In this document: piece by piece, positions 13,250-25,543 of the stretch
Position numbering within the stretch: position 1 is the first letter of the stretch
How the letters are laid out: each line of letters opens with the position of its first letter
Assembly (NCBI RefSeq): GCF_006345805.1
Contig: NC_043002.1
Coordinates: 38,068,001-38,132,000, forward strand
Direction: 5' to 3'
DNA from: Octopus sinensis
Taxonomy: Eukaryota
Length of the DNA: 64,000 nt
Notes under the pieces: model-generated
What the model saw: only the letters and a program-made list of their open reading frames with translations
Told to the model about the DNA's origin: nothing
The model's database searches: none
Translations under genes and position numbers: made by a program

Positions 13250-14520
13250 TGAAAATCATACACAGGCAAAATATATTTAAAAAGCGCAATCTTTAAAAGT
13301 CAAACAAATTTTCTGTTTTGTTCTTGTCATTTAAAAGGTTATTTGACTGCAGGTCAATGACTTTCAGGTGAAGATCTGACGGAAGTTTCTCTATAATGTA
13401 GTCAAATCGATTTGGAAAGATGATGAATGTTTTCGTGTTTTCATCGATATGTGAAAGATGCTGCTTGAACTGTGACTTCACACTAGCGAGAATTTGAATT
13501 GAACGAATTTAAAAAGAAATACGGAATTTGCTTGTTGGTTGCATCTTTCGCAGCGGGAGAAAATAGTTGAAGTTATTTATTACAAGTTGGGAATTACAAA
13601 AAATGGTTAATTTATTTCGAAAAGCTTTCATTTCGGAATTTATGTCGGTTGTAAGCTTCGAATTGCCTTGTGCCGTATAATCGAATTCCTCATGATGTTT
13701 CATTAATCAGTCGTGAGTATTAATTTTATCAATTAATCTTATCAACCATTCACTGTTTACAATTAACTACAGAGACCAACTTTTCTTACTGAAAAAGCTG
13801 TTTATGAGCATTAGAATTCCAACAAATTGTGAGATAACTTTAGCACTCCTAAGTCAACTTACAGCTGCGTGGAATGTCTAATTGCTATATTCAGCTTCTA
13901 TTTCTTCCGAAAATGTTTGAAATCGACGATGCTTAAATGCATTCGATCAGATAGTTATCACTGTTACTACGACTGGTATCAGACATAAAAGATCAAAATA
14001 TTTTCCAAAATGTGGCTGCTGAGAAATTTGTTAGTGACACCAGTTTTTAGATTTTATATATAACATTCTAATGCAAGTTGTATAGATTTCTTCAACAACC
14101 CTTTTCTCCTACCCCACATGTTTTCCACCATGAGATATAACACAATTTAGACGTTTCCCAACCAGATTGTGGATAGTCAGTATTATTACAACTTATTTTG
14201 AAAATGTTAAATCTAGTAGCTCTGCCATGTACGCAAACTAGATTTTCCATCACTTAAAGATCACTGTTATTTCTCCCAACGAACAATAGCAGAACATCTG
14301 TTGCTTCATTAAGAGTCTATTCTTTGTTTAATTAGTTAATTGACACAAGATGTCACACATTTCTTTATCTCTTATAGCTATTTTTTTCGGATAGACTAGT
14401 TAATAAAATCTATATTCACTATAGATATTTTTCCAGCTGTGGTTATGATACGTGTTTTAACTTATTCACCGTTAGTAAAGAATCTTTCGAACTAGCTTTA
14501 TTGTTAATATTCGATACCTT
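13250..14520 (-). pseudogene. Decayed hAT transposase (Charlie/Buster/SPIN, GTF2IRD2-like)
   Basis: Minus-strand pieces match hAT motifs: WKRLNCVISHGGK (~VTTDGA), HRRFQTFSEEIEAEYS..FHAAVS*LRSAKV (~HRQF..E....YH..VRWLS.GKV), QGNSKLTTDINSEMKAFRNKL, FPNRFDYIIEKLPSDLHLKVIDLQSN. Confidence 0.75.
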
Positions 14521-14819
14521 GAGATTAACTACTGAAATAAAACGACTGGTGAGATGAAATGCTTAGTTCCAGGCCTTCGTATATCTCATGAACTAGATTT
14601 CCTATTTGAATGGTGGGGTGAATGTTTCATTAGTTATAACGATTACGTATGTTGGTCTCAAATCTTGGCAGAAGGTAAGCAATTTTGGGAGAGAGGATAA
14701 ATCGATTACATTGACGCCGCTCAGAGGCAAAGTCGATCCCGAAAACATTTAAACTCAGAATGAAAATCGGGAGAAATACAGTTATGTATTTTGACTCACT
14801 GCCTTAATAACTACGTATA

Positions 14820-14949
14820 ATCTTTTCTACTCTAGGTTCAAGGCCCGAAATGTTTGGGGATCGACCTCTGTACGTTGTTGGTACTTAATTTATCGACACC
14901 GAAAGGATGAAAGGCAAAGTTGACCTTGGCGGAATTTGAACTCAGAACG
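14820..14949 (-). mobile_element. tRNA-derived SINE fragment (octopus-type)
   Basis: ggtacttaatttatcgac.ccgaaaggatgaaaggcaaagt.gacct.ggcggaatttgaactcagaacgt, the same family as 27875. Confidence 0.8.
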
Positions 14950-15067
14950 TTTTCTTCTATTTTCTGGGCCAAAGCAAATGGGAAAGGAAAACATCACCGT
15001 ACAAGGCTATAGAAATAGCTCCATTTTTATAAATCAATTTGATGTTTTTTTTTATTTTAAAGATAAA

Positions 15068-15574
15068 TCTCTCTATATATAAACGGCAGTTTGTCTGTCT
15101 GTCAGGTTATACCCTCACTCTGACCACGGCTTTTAACCAATTCTGATGAAACTTGACACACACATAGCCCAATGTTATAATTCAAAACTAACGCAGCGAA
15201 AATTTTGAAAAGTTCCCCCAGTTCTGAAAGAAATTGATAAATTCGACATGGGGTCGAGAATCTAAGCTTTTTATTTGCAACGCATTTTCTGTTGTAGTTT
15301 TCGCAACTTGCAATCGATTTTCACCAAACTCATGGTGAAGCTTAATGTTACCCTAAGAAACTTAATTCTGACGTTAGTTTTCCATGCAATACCTTACCAT
15401 GAGAAAAAATCGATAAAATCATGCCATTCTGGGAAATCGCGTTCAAATTCAAGATGACATATTTTCGACAATATCTTTCACAAATTGGCAGGAATTTCTT
15501 TTTAATTCACAGCGAGTGTCATGTCTGCTCCAGGGGCTCTTACATACCCGGGCAATGCCGGGCTATGCTGCTAG
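15068..15574 (+). mobile_element. Non-autonomous Helitron (507 bp)
   Basis: 5' TC, 3' CTAG, subterminal GC hairpin cccggg-caatg-ccggg, inserted between A and T; the paralogous empty site gtaaa|tacctacataaac is present at 13033/13034. Confidence 0.85.
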
Positions 15575-15621
15575 TACCTACATAAACCTCCATACGCTAC
15601 AAAACCATAAATCCAAAGACC

Positions 15622-16310
15622 GCTAAGCATTTCGCCCGGCGTGCTAAAGGTTTCTTACTTCTTTACTACCAGCAAGGGGCTACACACAGAGAGGAGAAAC
15701 AAGAACAGACAAACGATTAAGTCGATTATATCGACCCCAGTGCGTAACTGGTACTTATTTAATCGACCCCAAAAGGATGAAAGGTGAAGTCGACCTCGGC
15801 GGAATTTGAACTCAGAACATAACGGCAGACGAAATGCCTATTTCTTTACTACCCACGAGGGGCTAAACACAGAGAGGACAAACAAGGACAGATAAACGGA
15901 CTAAGTTGATTACATCGACCCCAGTGCATAACTGGTACTTAATTTATCGACCTAGAAAGGATGAAAGGCAAAGTCGACCTCAGCGGAATTTGAACTCAGA
16001 ATGTAACGGCAGACGAAATACCGCTAAACATTTCGCCCGGCGTGCTAAAGTTTCTGCTCGCCGCATTAGGGACTACGTATATTATATTAAGCATTGGGCC
16101 AGTCACACTACATACAATTCTTTCAACTATAGACACAAAGCCTGAATTACGGGGAAGGAGGTATGTCGAATACACCGGCCGCCCTAGAACTCGAATGACA
16201 TTTATTTTATCTACTTCGGCAGAATTTGAACTCAGAAGTTAAACACGGACGAACGCCACTAAACATTTTGCCCTGCGTGATAACGATTCTGCCAGTTACC
16301 TGCCTTATGT
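15622..16310 (-). mobile_element. Tandem/multimeric tRNA-derived SINE copies
   Basis: Two bodies (acacagagagga.aaacaag...gaatttgaactcagaa) plus a head (cccggcgtgctaa) and a third degraded copy. Confidence 0.85.
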
Positions 16311-17920
16311 ATACTCACACACACACACACACACCTTTTTTCTTTCTCGTTCCCAACATTATAGCTGACTTACTGTTCTAACCATTATATATTCAAATAT
16401 TTCCATCAATTGCATCTAAATTTTTTTGAAAGATTTTAACTGAGAAAATTTTCCGCAACGGATGGACTTCCCACAATATTATTTCAACTTCATTGTTACA
16501 ACTTCTGTGTGTATGTGTGTACACATATGTACATACATACATACAAACATATATGTATATGTGTGCTGGGGTATGTTTCTCTTTTTATGTTACGTTACTC
16601 CCATAATAGTTTTGCTCATGCTGTGCCTTTGTATGTCTTATAGCTTAAACGTTTGACAAAGTGGTTTCAATTAGAATCAGTATCCTACTGAAGTACCGAG
16701 GTCAATATAATTGGATAAAATCTGAAAAATGTCCCGGCATGGCCGTAATCCGCTGCAATTTTTAGACGGACAATTATTTAAGGATTCTGAATCCGATTCT
16801 CTAAGTGAGCAGTGAATAAACGAGTACGAAATATCTCCTCGATTTACTACAGACAAGGCGGTAAATCAGTAAATAGACATCGTCAAATAACTTAAGCGAA
16901 TGAGTAATTGTTCAGGTAATATAAGGAAGACGTAGCGTGTTGTGTTTTGCTATAGAGTGGTGCAGGGTAGCACAGGAGGAGGAAAGTCACTGAGGGTCAG
17001 AAATAGATAAAAATAAAATTACGATGAAATAAAAGAAATACGTTTTTTTTTTATTTAGTTGAGTGCGGAGTGAGTGAAATGTGGCGTTTTGACATCTAGA
17101 ATTTGAGCAAATTGAGATTAAATTTCGTGGAAGGCCACCATGATTCTAAAGTTAGCGAAGCAATCATAGACAGAAAAAAAAAATTAACACATAGAAAAGA
17201 AAAAGATTAAAAAAAATAATGAAATATCAAAAATAGAAAGTTTTTCTTTGTTTTCTTTTTTCGAGAACATCCTATTTTCCTCAAAGCTATATCAAGAGAT
17301 TTCAGACGCTTTCTTCACCCCTGCAGTGAGAATTTAACAGTTTTACAAGTATTCATTACAAGTAAAATACCGAATGCTTAAGCTGTTGTTTTAATAGAAT
17401 GTAGTCGTGTTCACTGAATAGTGCAGCGTTTGCTTACTTTCTGAGAGAAATATATTAAAACAGTTAAGGGTTAATATCAATGCAAATGATTACTTCTATA
17501 TATAATTCTGTAAAAGACTAATGGATAAAAATATAGATCGAGATATGTATTTGTGTCATTAAATATTTGGGAGGAATCAATGCTTAAACGCAACAGAGTG
17601 TGTTCAACGTACTGAAAATTGTTTGAAACTTTTTGTTAACTTACAACGTTGAAAGGTTAAGACAACTTGGGAGTAGTTTTGAAACAAAATATGTAGTTTT
17701 TGGTAAACTGTATAAGCAGATTTTATATAGGTTGGAAAATATGTCATGTTACCTTGAATGAATAAACGTGTTGATATGGCCTTGGAAACATTTTTTCGTT
17801 ATATTTATCATAAAATGTTTCCGAATAAATATTTTATCACAAAAGTTTATCAGTATATTCTTAAGCTGATACATACATAAATATACTTAAATACATAGAT
17901 GCATCATGCACGCTCACTCA

Positions 17921-17980
<60 letters not shown>

Positions 17981-18542
17981 ATATATATATATATCAGTTA
18001 ATGACTGAAACAAGTAAAAGATAAAATACATATATACTTAATCAAACACACGTATGTATATCTTTGTATGTATACACATATACACATTCCAATGAGAATA
18101 ACTCTGAGTGCCAAGTGACTTGTATATAAACAAATGCATGTTGTTCGTATATTGGGTTGTCAGATGAATTCGTTCGTTTCCAATGTTATTTGAATTAATA
18201 CGAGAAATATTTTTATCTGAGTATTTTTGTTTTTTTTTTAAACTCTGTTCTTATGCTGTGAGTTTGCATGGCATAATGTTTAAGCTGTTGCACTTACGAA
18301 TGCGAAATCGTGGTTGCTATTCCCAAGCCGGGTGGTACGTTATGTTCATTTCACGTCCTGTGATAACTTTGACATCTGATGTGTAGCATATGGTGCACCT
18401 GTACAGGCAACATCGGTTTGATCAATATATACATATCATCGGCGCAAGTTGTTCAGCAAGAAATTGCCCAATCGCCTTTATCGGACTCGAGAACATACCA
18501 AAAACAACAAACTATTCTTTTGCAATGAGTGATGATCATAAA

Positions 18543-19026
18543 GCGGCGAGCTGGCAGAAAAGTTAGCACGCCGGGCGAAATGCTTAGCAGTATTTCGTCT
18601 GCCTTTGCGTTCTGAGCTCAAATTCCGCCGAGGTCGATTTTGCCTTTCATCCTTTCGAGGTCGATAAATTAAATACCAGTTTGCGTACTGGTGTCGATCT
18701 AGTTGATTAGCCCCCTCCCCTAAAATTTCGGGCCTTGTGGTATTTCGTCCGCCACTACTTTCTGGGTTCAAATTCCGCCGAGGTCGACTTTGCATTTCAT
18801 CCTTTCGAGGTCGATAAATTAATTACCAGTTACGCACTGGGGTTGATTTAATCGACTTAATCCGTTTGTCTGTCCTTGTTTGTCCCCTCTATGTTTTGCC
18901 CATCGTGGGCAATAAAGAAATAAGAAACGTCAATATTCACGATCTTTTGATTAAGTACTGGGTCGATTTAATCGATTGGCCCCCTCCCCAAATATTTTGG
19001 GCCTTGTGCCTAGAGTAGAAAAGAAT
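18543..19026 (+). mobile_element. tRNA-derived SINE cluster
   Basis: Head gcggcgagctggcagaaa.gttagcacgccgggcgaaatgcttagc, B-box-like gctcaaattcc/gttcaaattcc, central gaggtcga.tttgcctttcatcctttcg.ggtcgataaatta repeated. Confidence 0.85.
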
Positions 19027-20274
19027 ATCCTCAATCTTTTCGGTTTTTTTATACGGATGGTCGGTTCTGATTTACTTTTCTTTTATTTCCGACCTTTCAA
19101 CTCATGGCTTCAACTAAATAACTGACCTCTACAAATTTTGATATTTAACTAATATGAACTTATAAATTTATAAATTTATTTGTACGCTAACACTCATTAT
19201 CGCTTTAACTGCAATCTACTGATGTAGGTTCAGTAGATAGTTAAATCACTGCAATAATAATTTACACGTTATGGGGGGAGGTATAAGAAAATATAAAAAT
19301 ATTTATTATTATGAAGAATTATGAACGCTAGAACTGTTAATAAATGTTAAAAGAATCTATGGGATTATAGCGAATTATAAAGTATGCACATTTAACTGTT
19401 TACGCCAATCCCACCTTCCAGTCAATGTGTTAACCAACTCCTCTATTTCATTTATTCTACACCGTTTATATTTAAATATTAATAGGTAATGATTGCAGGC
19501 AGTATGATTATGGCTATCACTAAAGGTAGCTTATTTCTGATCTTTTCCCTCCTTTTCCTCTGAAATTTTGCAGAAACCCCCGTTAATCTGCAATTTTCTT
19601 TAAGTTATTTTTCCTAAAATATAATTAGCTGGGTCCCCATAAATTAAAGCTAATATTCTATTACTTCTGTTATGATCAATCGGAGCACTTTAATCAAGAT
19701 GAATTAAATATATGAATAAGTATTGCTAGAATTTATCAACCACTACTCGAAATATACTAAACATTGTAACACATTAAATGGCTTTTAGAGCAATGCCGGT
19801 AGCTTTCGATAGGGTTACATATATTTGCCGGTATACAAGCTTTTTTTTTGCCAGTACCAACCTGTATGAGCATGAATACTACTCTTAATGACATCTTTAG
19901 TATAGAAATGAATGTAAATATTCTTCAATTCACCTCATTCTGAAATCCAATCTCGCGATTGACAGATTATAATCCCACCCACATTACATTTCCTAAATAT
20001 TTGCAATTCTGATCAGAAATTTCAATTGTTGAGGGGTTTGGTTCATTGATGATCTAAACCATTAGGTACGCTACGTAAGTGCTATAATTAATCATCCATT
20101 AGGTTCCAAGCTCACAGCTGAGGCTGGAGCTAGGGATATGTAGTAGGCTTCCGAATCAGCAGGCATATATGAAAGGAATGGAAAACAAAACCAAGGCAGG
20201 ACGAGTATTTCGGGTCATTTAGAATATTTAATTAGAGTAAGGTGAATACAAAATGGAGAAGTAGAAGCAATTAA

Positions 20275-20352
20275 TGTCTTACACCTGTTTCTGGGATATC
20301 CCAGGTGATGGATCAACATCTCCAGATACTGTGTATTCCATCATCAGAGACA
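20275..20352 (-). ncRNA. Putative type I hammerhead ribozyme with long stem II (PLE pLTR-derived)
   Basis: Minus strand: tgtct CTGATGA tgg...cca GAAA caggtgt A agaca. Stem I is tgtct/agaca (5 bp), stem III is ACA-gg-TGT, predicted cleavage after GUA. Confidence 0.6.
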
Positions 20353-20599
20353 AGGAACGTGTGCAAGAAAGTTTCAGACAGCGAATTCACAGTATATAAA
20401 AAAAATAAAACAGTAGATAGAAGATTAAAGCTCACAGTTCATCTCGTTCCAGAGGGTATGGAGGTTGGTCCGTACTTCCATGAAGGTATAGGCCCTTAAG
20501 TGTAACCCCAGGTAAATCCAAGCAGTATTTTAAATGGTGCATTCAGATTGAAGGAATAGATCAAATCTCTCTCTCTCTCTACCTCCTCTCTCTCTCTTA

Positions 20600-20639
<40 letters not shown>

Positions 20640-22003
20640 TGTGTGTGTGTGTATGTGTGTGCATACAGATAGAGAGAGTTGGGATAGCCACAGTTCGAAT
20701 GTATTTGAATTGATATATTTCTGCTCGATCACATTCGGCTAAGAATAAACAACATGAAAAGAACAGCGGATGGATAATTATAAATATATCGACATATTGA
20801 CATTCACTAAGTTGTCATTATTTGTCCTTTAATTTACAGGCAATTAGTATTTAGGTCGTAGGATGGTTTTAATGAGCATGGAATATTGTACGTTTGCACT
20901 TAAAGATCTAATTTATATATTTTGTCTACCTTTTGCTAACGCAATGTAAATTACAATAAAGTTCTTTTTTTTTTTTTGAAGCGATAACTATTCAAATTTG
21001 GTAAATATAATTAATTATAGTAAACTGATATTAGTTTGAATTCATTCAGAAATAGACATCAAAGTTATACTGGAAGCAATTACATGTTGTTCTTTCTTTT
21101 TGCTTCATTTTTTGTTATGTTGTTTTAAATATCAGTTCAGATTTCAAAACTGAGTTAAGTTAATAAAACAAAAATAAAAATAAAGGATTATGCCGTTTCT
21201 AGTTCCATATATTTTATGGCTTATAAAAATGTATTCAAATGTCCTTCTAAGTTATCATTATATTTATGAATGTCACATATATTTTGAACTTTGGTCTTTT
21301 ATGTGATTTAGCAATAAAAAAGACATAAGCCTCTTTTGTAACGACATATTAAAGTCATTCAATATACAAACAGTGCTTACGCCTTTCTGTATCGAACATT
21401 TTTAAATGTAGAAAGAGTAAAATCTGAAATATGAAGACAGCGGTAATGGTCTATCTCGGTAACAGATAACCTACAAGCGTGTTTATAGAAGTGTTTCATA
21501 AATGGAATTGTTATGATGTATGAAATATATAACGTTTCGAGTCTCCAACTTCGTCCGGGAGAGAGGAAGAAGCAGAAAGTGTCAACACTTTGTAAGTAAT
21601 TGTTCATGTTGAATAAATAATAAGGGAGTAATTAGGGAGGAAGAGAGGCAAACGTTCACGATTGGGGCTAACGAAGAAGTGGAGGAAACTAAAGAAAACT
21701 GGTGATGGAAAGAAAAGATAGAACGTGTCATTGCGGAAGTAACAATAATACTTTCTCTCTGTTTCAGGGGTAGGGCAAGGACAATAAATAGATAAATAAA
21801 CAGAATGCTCACTCCTCCGAACAATTAAATTCATCGATCACTCTTATGAAGATGAGTTTTCAGAATATATAGATAGATACATACACACACGCGTGCGCGC
21901 GCGCGTGTCTGTGCGCGCGCGCGTGCGTAAATATATATAGTCGAGGTTTTATAACAGCAAATATTTTTTACATGTCGACGATGAAATATTATGAGGTATA
22001 TAT

Positions 22004-22236
22004 CTATTTCTTCACTACCCACATGAGGCTAAACACAGAGAGGACAAACAAGGACAGACAAACGGATTAAGTCGATTACATCGACCCCAGTGCGTAAACA
22101 GTACTTAATTTATCGACCCCGAAATGATGAAAGGCAAAGTCGACCTCGGTGGAATTTGAACTCAGAACGTAGCGGCAGACGAAATATGGCTACGCATTTC
22201 GCCCTGCGTGCTAACGTTTCTGCCAGCTCGCCACCT
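22004..22236 (-). mobile_element. tRNA-derived SINE, full monomer
   Basis: Reverse complement of the head + core + tail seen at 27875. Confidence 0.88.
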
Positions 22237-22722
22237 TATGAGATATATACCGTTATATACAACACTCAACCGACGAACTAAGTCATGAGAGAGAATAAGA
22301 AATACAGAAAACTGCAGATCATTTGAAAATTAATGTATAATTCCAATAGGCCAATGAATAAATTATATCCGTAAACTTAGCTACATAACAAAAAGGACTT
22401 AAATATTTTCAAGAGATATGAGTGACAGAAGTATGGGTGTACGTACGAGACAGCTAGGGAGATTGAGAGAGAGTGGGGTGGAGATCTGAACAACAGAACA
22501 GCCTACTCAAGGAGATTCAGCGGGACACAGAATGAGTTACAGGTACAACTCATTTTTGACAGATGAGTGGACTGGGTCAACTTGAAATAAAGTTTCTTGC
22601 TTAAGGACACAACACACCGCTGGAAATCAAACTTACGATCTAACAATCGCCACACATCTACCCCTATCCACTAATCCAAGCATATATATATAAATATGTA
22701 TGCATGTATGTACATATGCATG

Positions 22723-22839
<117 letters not shown>

Positions 22840-22980
22840 CTGTGTGTTTGAGTGTGTCTGTATTATTTAAATATTCGCGATTTGCTATATAAATATCACG
22901 TATATGTATATATGTATATATGTATATGAGTACATATATATGTATATGAGTATGTTTACGTATGTGTGTGTATGTATGTC

Positions 22981-23012
<32 letters not shown>

Positions 23013-23658
23013 TGTATGTACGTACGTATGTGCAACCTACCCAGTAAGTATGGGCGCGTTTGGGTGCTCGTGTCCGTACATAGTTCATTCTCCATGTTAT
23101 ACTTAAAACAATTAAGGTGTTCTGTGGAGAGGGAAAAAAACTCGATCAGTGAGAGCAACAGCCACAACAACAACAACAGCAGCATCAGCAGTAAAACGAG
23201 AAACAGGAAAGGAGATAGGCATCAAATCTGCTGTCTCAGATACTACTTATAAGGAGACTGCTGAGAGATAACGACCGTATTTCCCTTTCATTGTTACCAT
23301 GGACAGTCTGTGTTTGTCGATTTTCCATCTCTCCTGGTTAAAATTTCATACGCATAAACACACATATGCACGTACATACAAACATACATACTTACATACT
23401 CGTTTTCATAAGAGTTCGTTCAAGTACTCGCCGTGATACAGGAAACAGACAGCCCAGAGAATTAGAGAAAATAAATTTCCATTCCCACGGCGAGCTCTGG
23501 TTTTAAATATTTTTGTTAATTTCTAATATATTATGACGGCATGCGTATTTCAGTCAAGTTAGTATACAGAAATATATTTATATATTTGAAACATATATAC
23601 CTGCTCTGTGTGGAAATACAATTCGGATACATACACATATATAAACACACACACACAC

Positions 23659-23697
<39 letters not shown>

Positions 23698-23713
23698 CAC
23701 ACACACACACACG

Positions 23714-23775
<62 letters not shown>

Positions 23776-24180
23776 ATACATGTATATGTATATGTATGTA
23801 TATATATATTATATATATATATATGACATACATATATATATATATATATATATATGACATACATATATATATATATCACATACATATATATAACATAAAT
23901 AATATGTATATATGCATGTATACATACGTATATGTATATACTTATATCTATACGAATATATATATTCATATGGGGGCACAGAACGTCATAAAACGTGTAC
24001 AGCAAAAAAATACGAAGTACGAGTACATGGAATATGAACTATTTTTTCGAGCAACGAAAGACACAAATGAAAAAACAAAACAAACAACATAAATAACGAC
24101 CTTTCATCAGTTATTCGCTGTTTTTCTTGACTCGTATTTCGAGCATTTGTTGGCTCTTTTTCTACTCTCGTATTTCGAGC

Positions 24181-25023
24181 AAGGGTGCAGTGAATACATT
24201 GTCGTTTAAATTACACAAAAAAGAAAATAACACAGATATCTCATTTTAGATATATTTACCTAAATTACATAAACATATCTTGAAATACTAAAGAGTAACT
24301 TTATTCAATAAAATCGCCATTGCCTTCAACTACGGCCTTCAGACGACTTCAGAATCTCCTGAAAATCTTCTTGACGTTCTCTTTGTTTAAGGTGGTGAAT
24401 GCTACCATAAGCCTTGCCTTTAATTCATCTTTGGTGTTACAAGAAGTAATAGAGTGGGTTGCAGTCTGGGTAGTTAGGTGGCCAGATGCTAGGGATGATG
24501 TGATCACAGTAATTGTCTGACAGGCATGACTGGGTTCTACTATCTGTGTGTCATGGTGCAGAGTCTTGTTGCTTGATACAGGGTCTTCCAGCAGCGACCC
24601 TCTTGACCCGGGGCAGCACTGCCTCCTCAAGGCACTTGACGTAGGCTCCCGTGTTGAGTCTGAGACCGTCTGAGAATATGAATAGAGGCATAACATCGCC
24701 ATTAATAGTAATCATTCCAAACACCATGATGTTGACTGGATGTTTGATTTTTATCACTCTCGCTACATGTTTTCGGTACACTATATGCTAACAGTTGTTC
24801 TGTGTGTTCACCCTCTATTCGTATTGGAGCTTCCGGCGCGAATGCCAAACAATACAGTATATTGTTTCCCACATTTTGGCGGAGTGCATTGCGTCATCGT
24901 GCTCTTTTCTCACAGGAGGTGCCCAACTGACTCTACTATACTGTGTACTCTACAAAATCGAAAGCAAAGTACATGCACGAAATTAAAAATCTAAAATAGC
25001 AATAATTTACCCACCGTACCCTG
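24181..25023 (-). mobile_element. Internally deleted Tc1/mariner-superfamily DD37D (maT-like) transposon
   Basis: HPVNIMVFGMIT..., QQDSAP*H...WPPNYPDCNPLY with about 37 residues between the 2nd and 3rd catalytic positions; NTKDELKARL..., RLKAVVEGNGDFIE*; cagggt-type TIR followed by TA at 25024-25025. Confidence 0.8.
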
Positions 25024-25143
25024 TATATGCACACACACACACACACTCTCACACATATACGTTTATAAACACCTACATACATACAAGCATACATATGTAT
25101 ATGTGTGTGTGTGTTTGTGTGTGTGTGCGAGTGATATTCAAAT

Positions 25144-25480
25144 GCCAGCACTAGCCGCCATTTTATTGTACCAAAGATACCATCCACTCCATCTAAATTC
25201 AGGACCAGATACTGCAATAGTCTAAGGTTCAAAGGCCCACAGCTCCTGAATGCCATGCCACAAAACTTTAGAAATCTGCATAAGGGGGAAGTAGATGTCT
25301 TCAAAAACGAACTGGACATCCTCCTTTCCAAAATACCGGATGAACCAACAGCCTGACATGAGGTACAAACGAAGGCAGCAGAATCAAACTCCCTTACACA
25401 CCAAATAGGCCAACAGCTGAGACAAAGGCACATTCAGGAGTGGTGATGTGTAACACCCAGACTGAGAAAATCAGCAAGTA
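25144..25480 (+). mobile_element. CR1/L2-like LINE 3' fragment
   Basis: FRTRYCNSLRFKGPQLLNAMPQNFRNLH...FKNELDILLSKIPDEP...AAESNSL, typical of the C-terminus of this LINE group. Confidence 0.6.
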
Positions 25481-25512
25481 CACGGTGGTGTTCCTGTATG
25501 ACTGCAAATGAG

Positions 25513-25543
<31 letters not shown>

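Noticed and set aside
24090-24180. ctgatga and gctcgaaa motifs (also near 55600) as a type II hammerhead
   Set aside because: Stems I and III do not pair convincingly.
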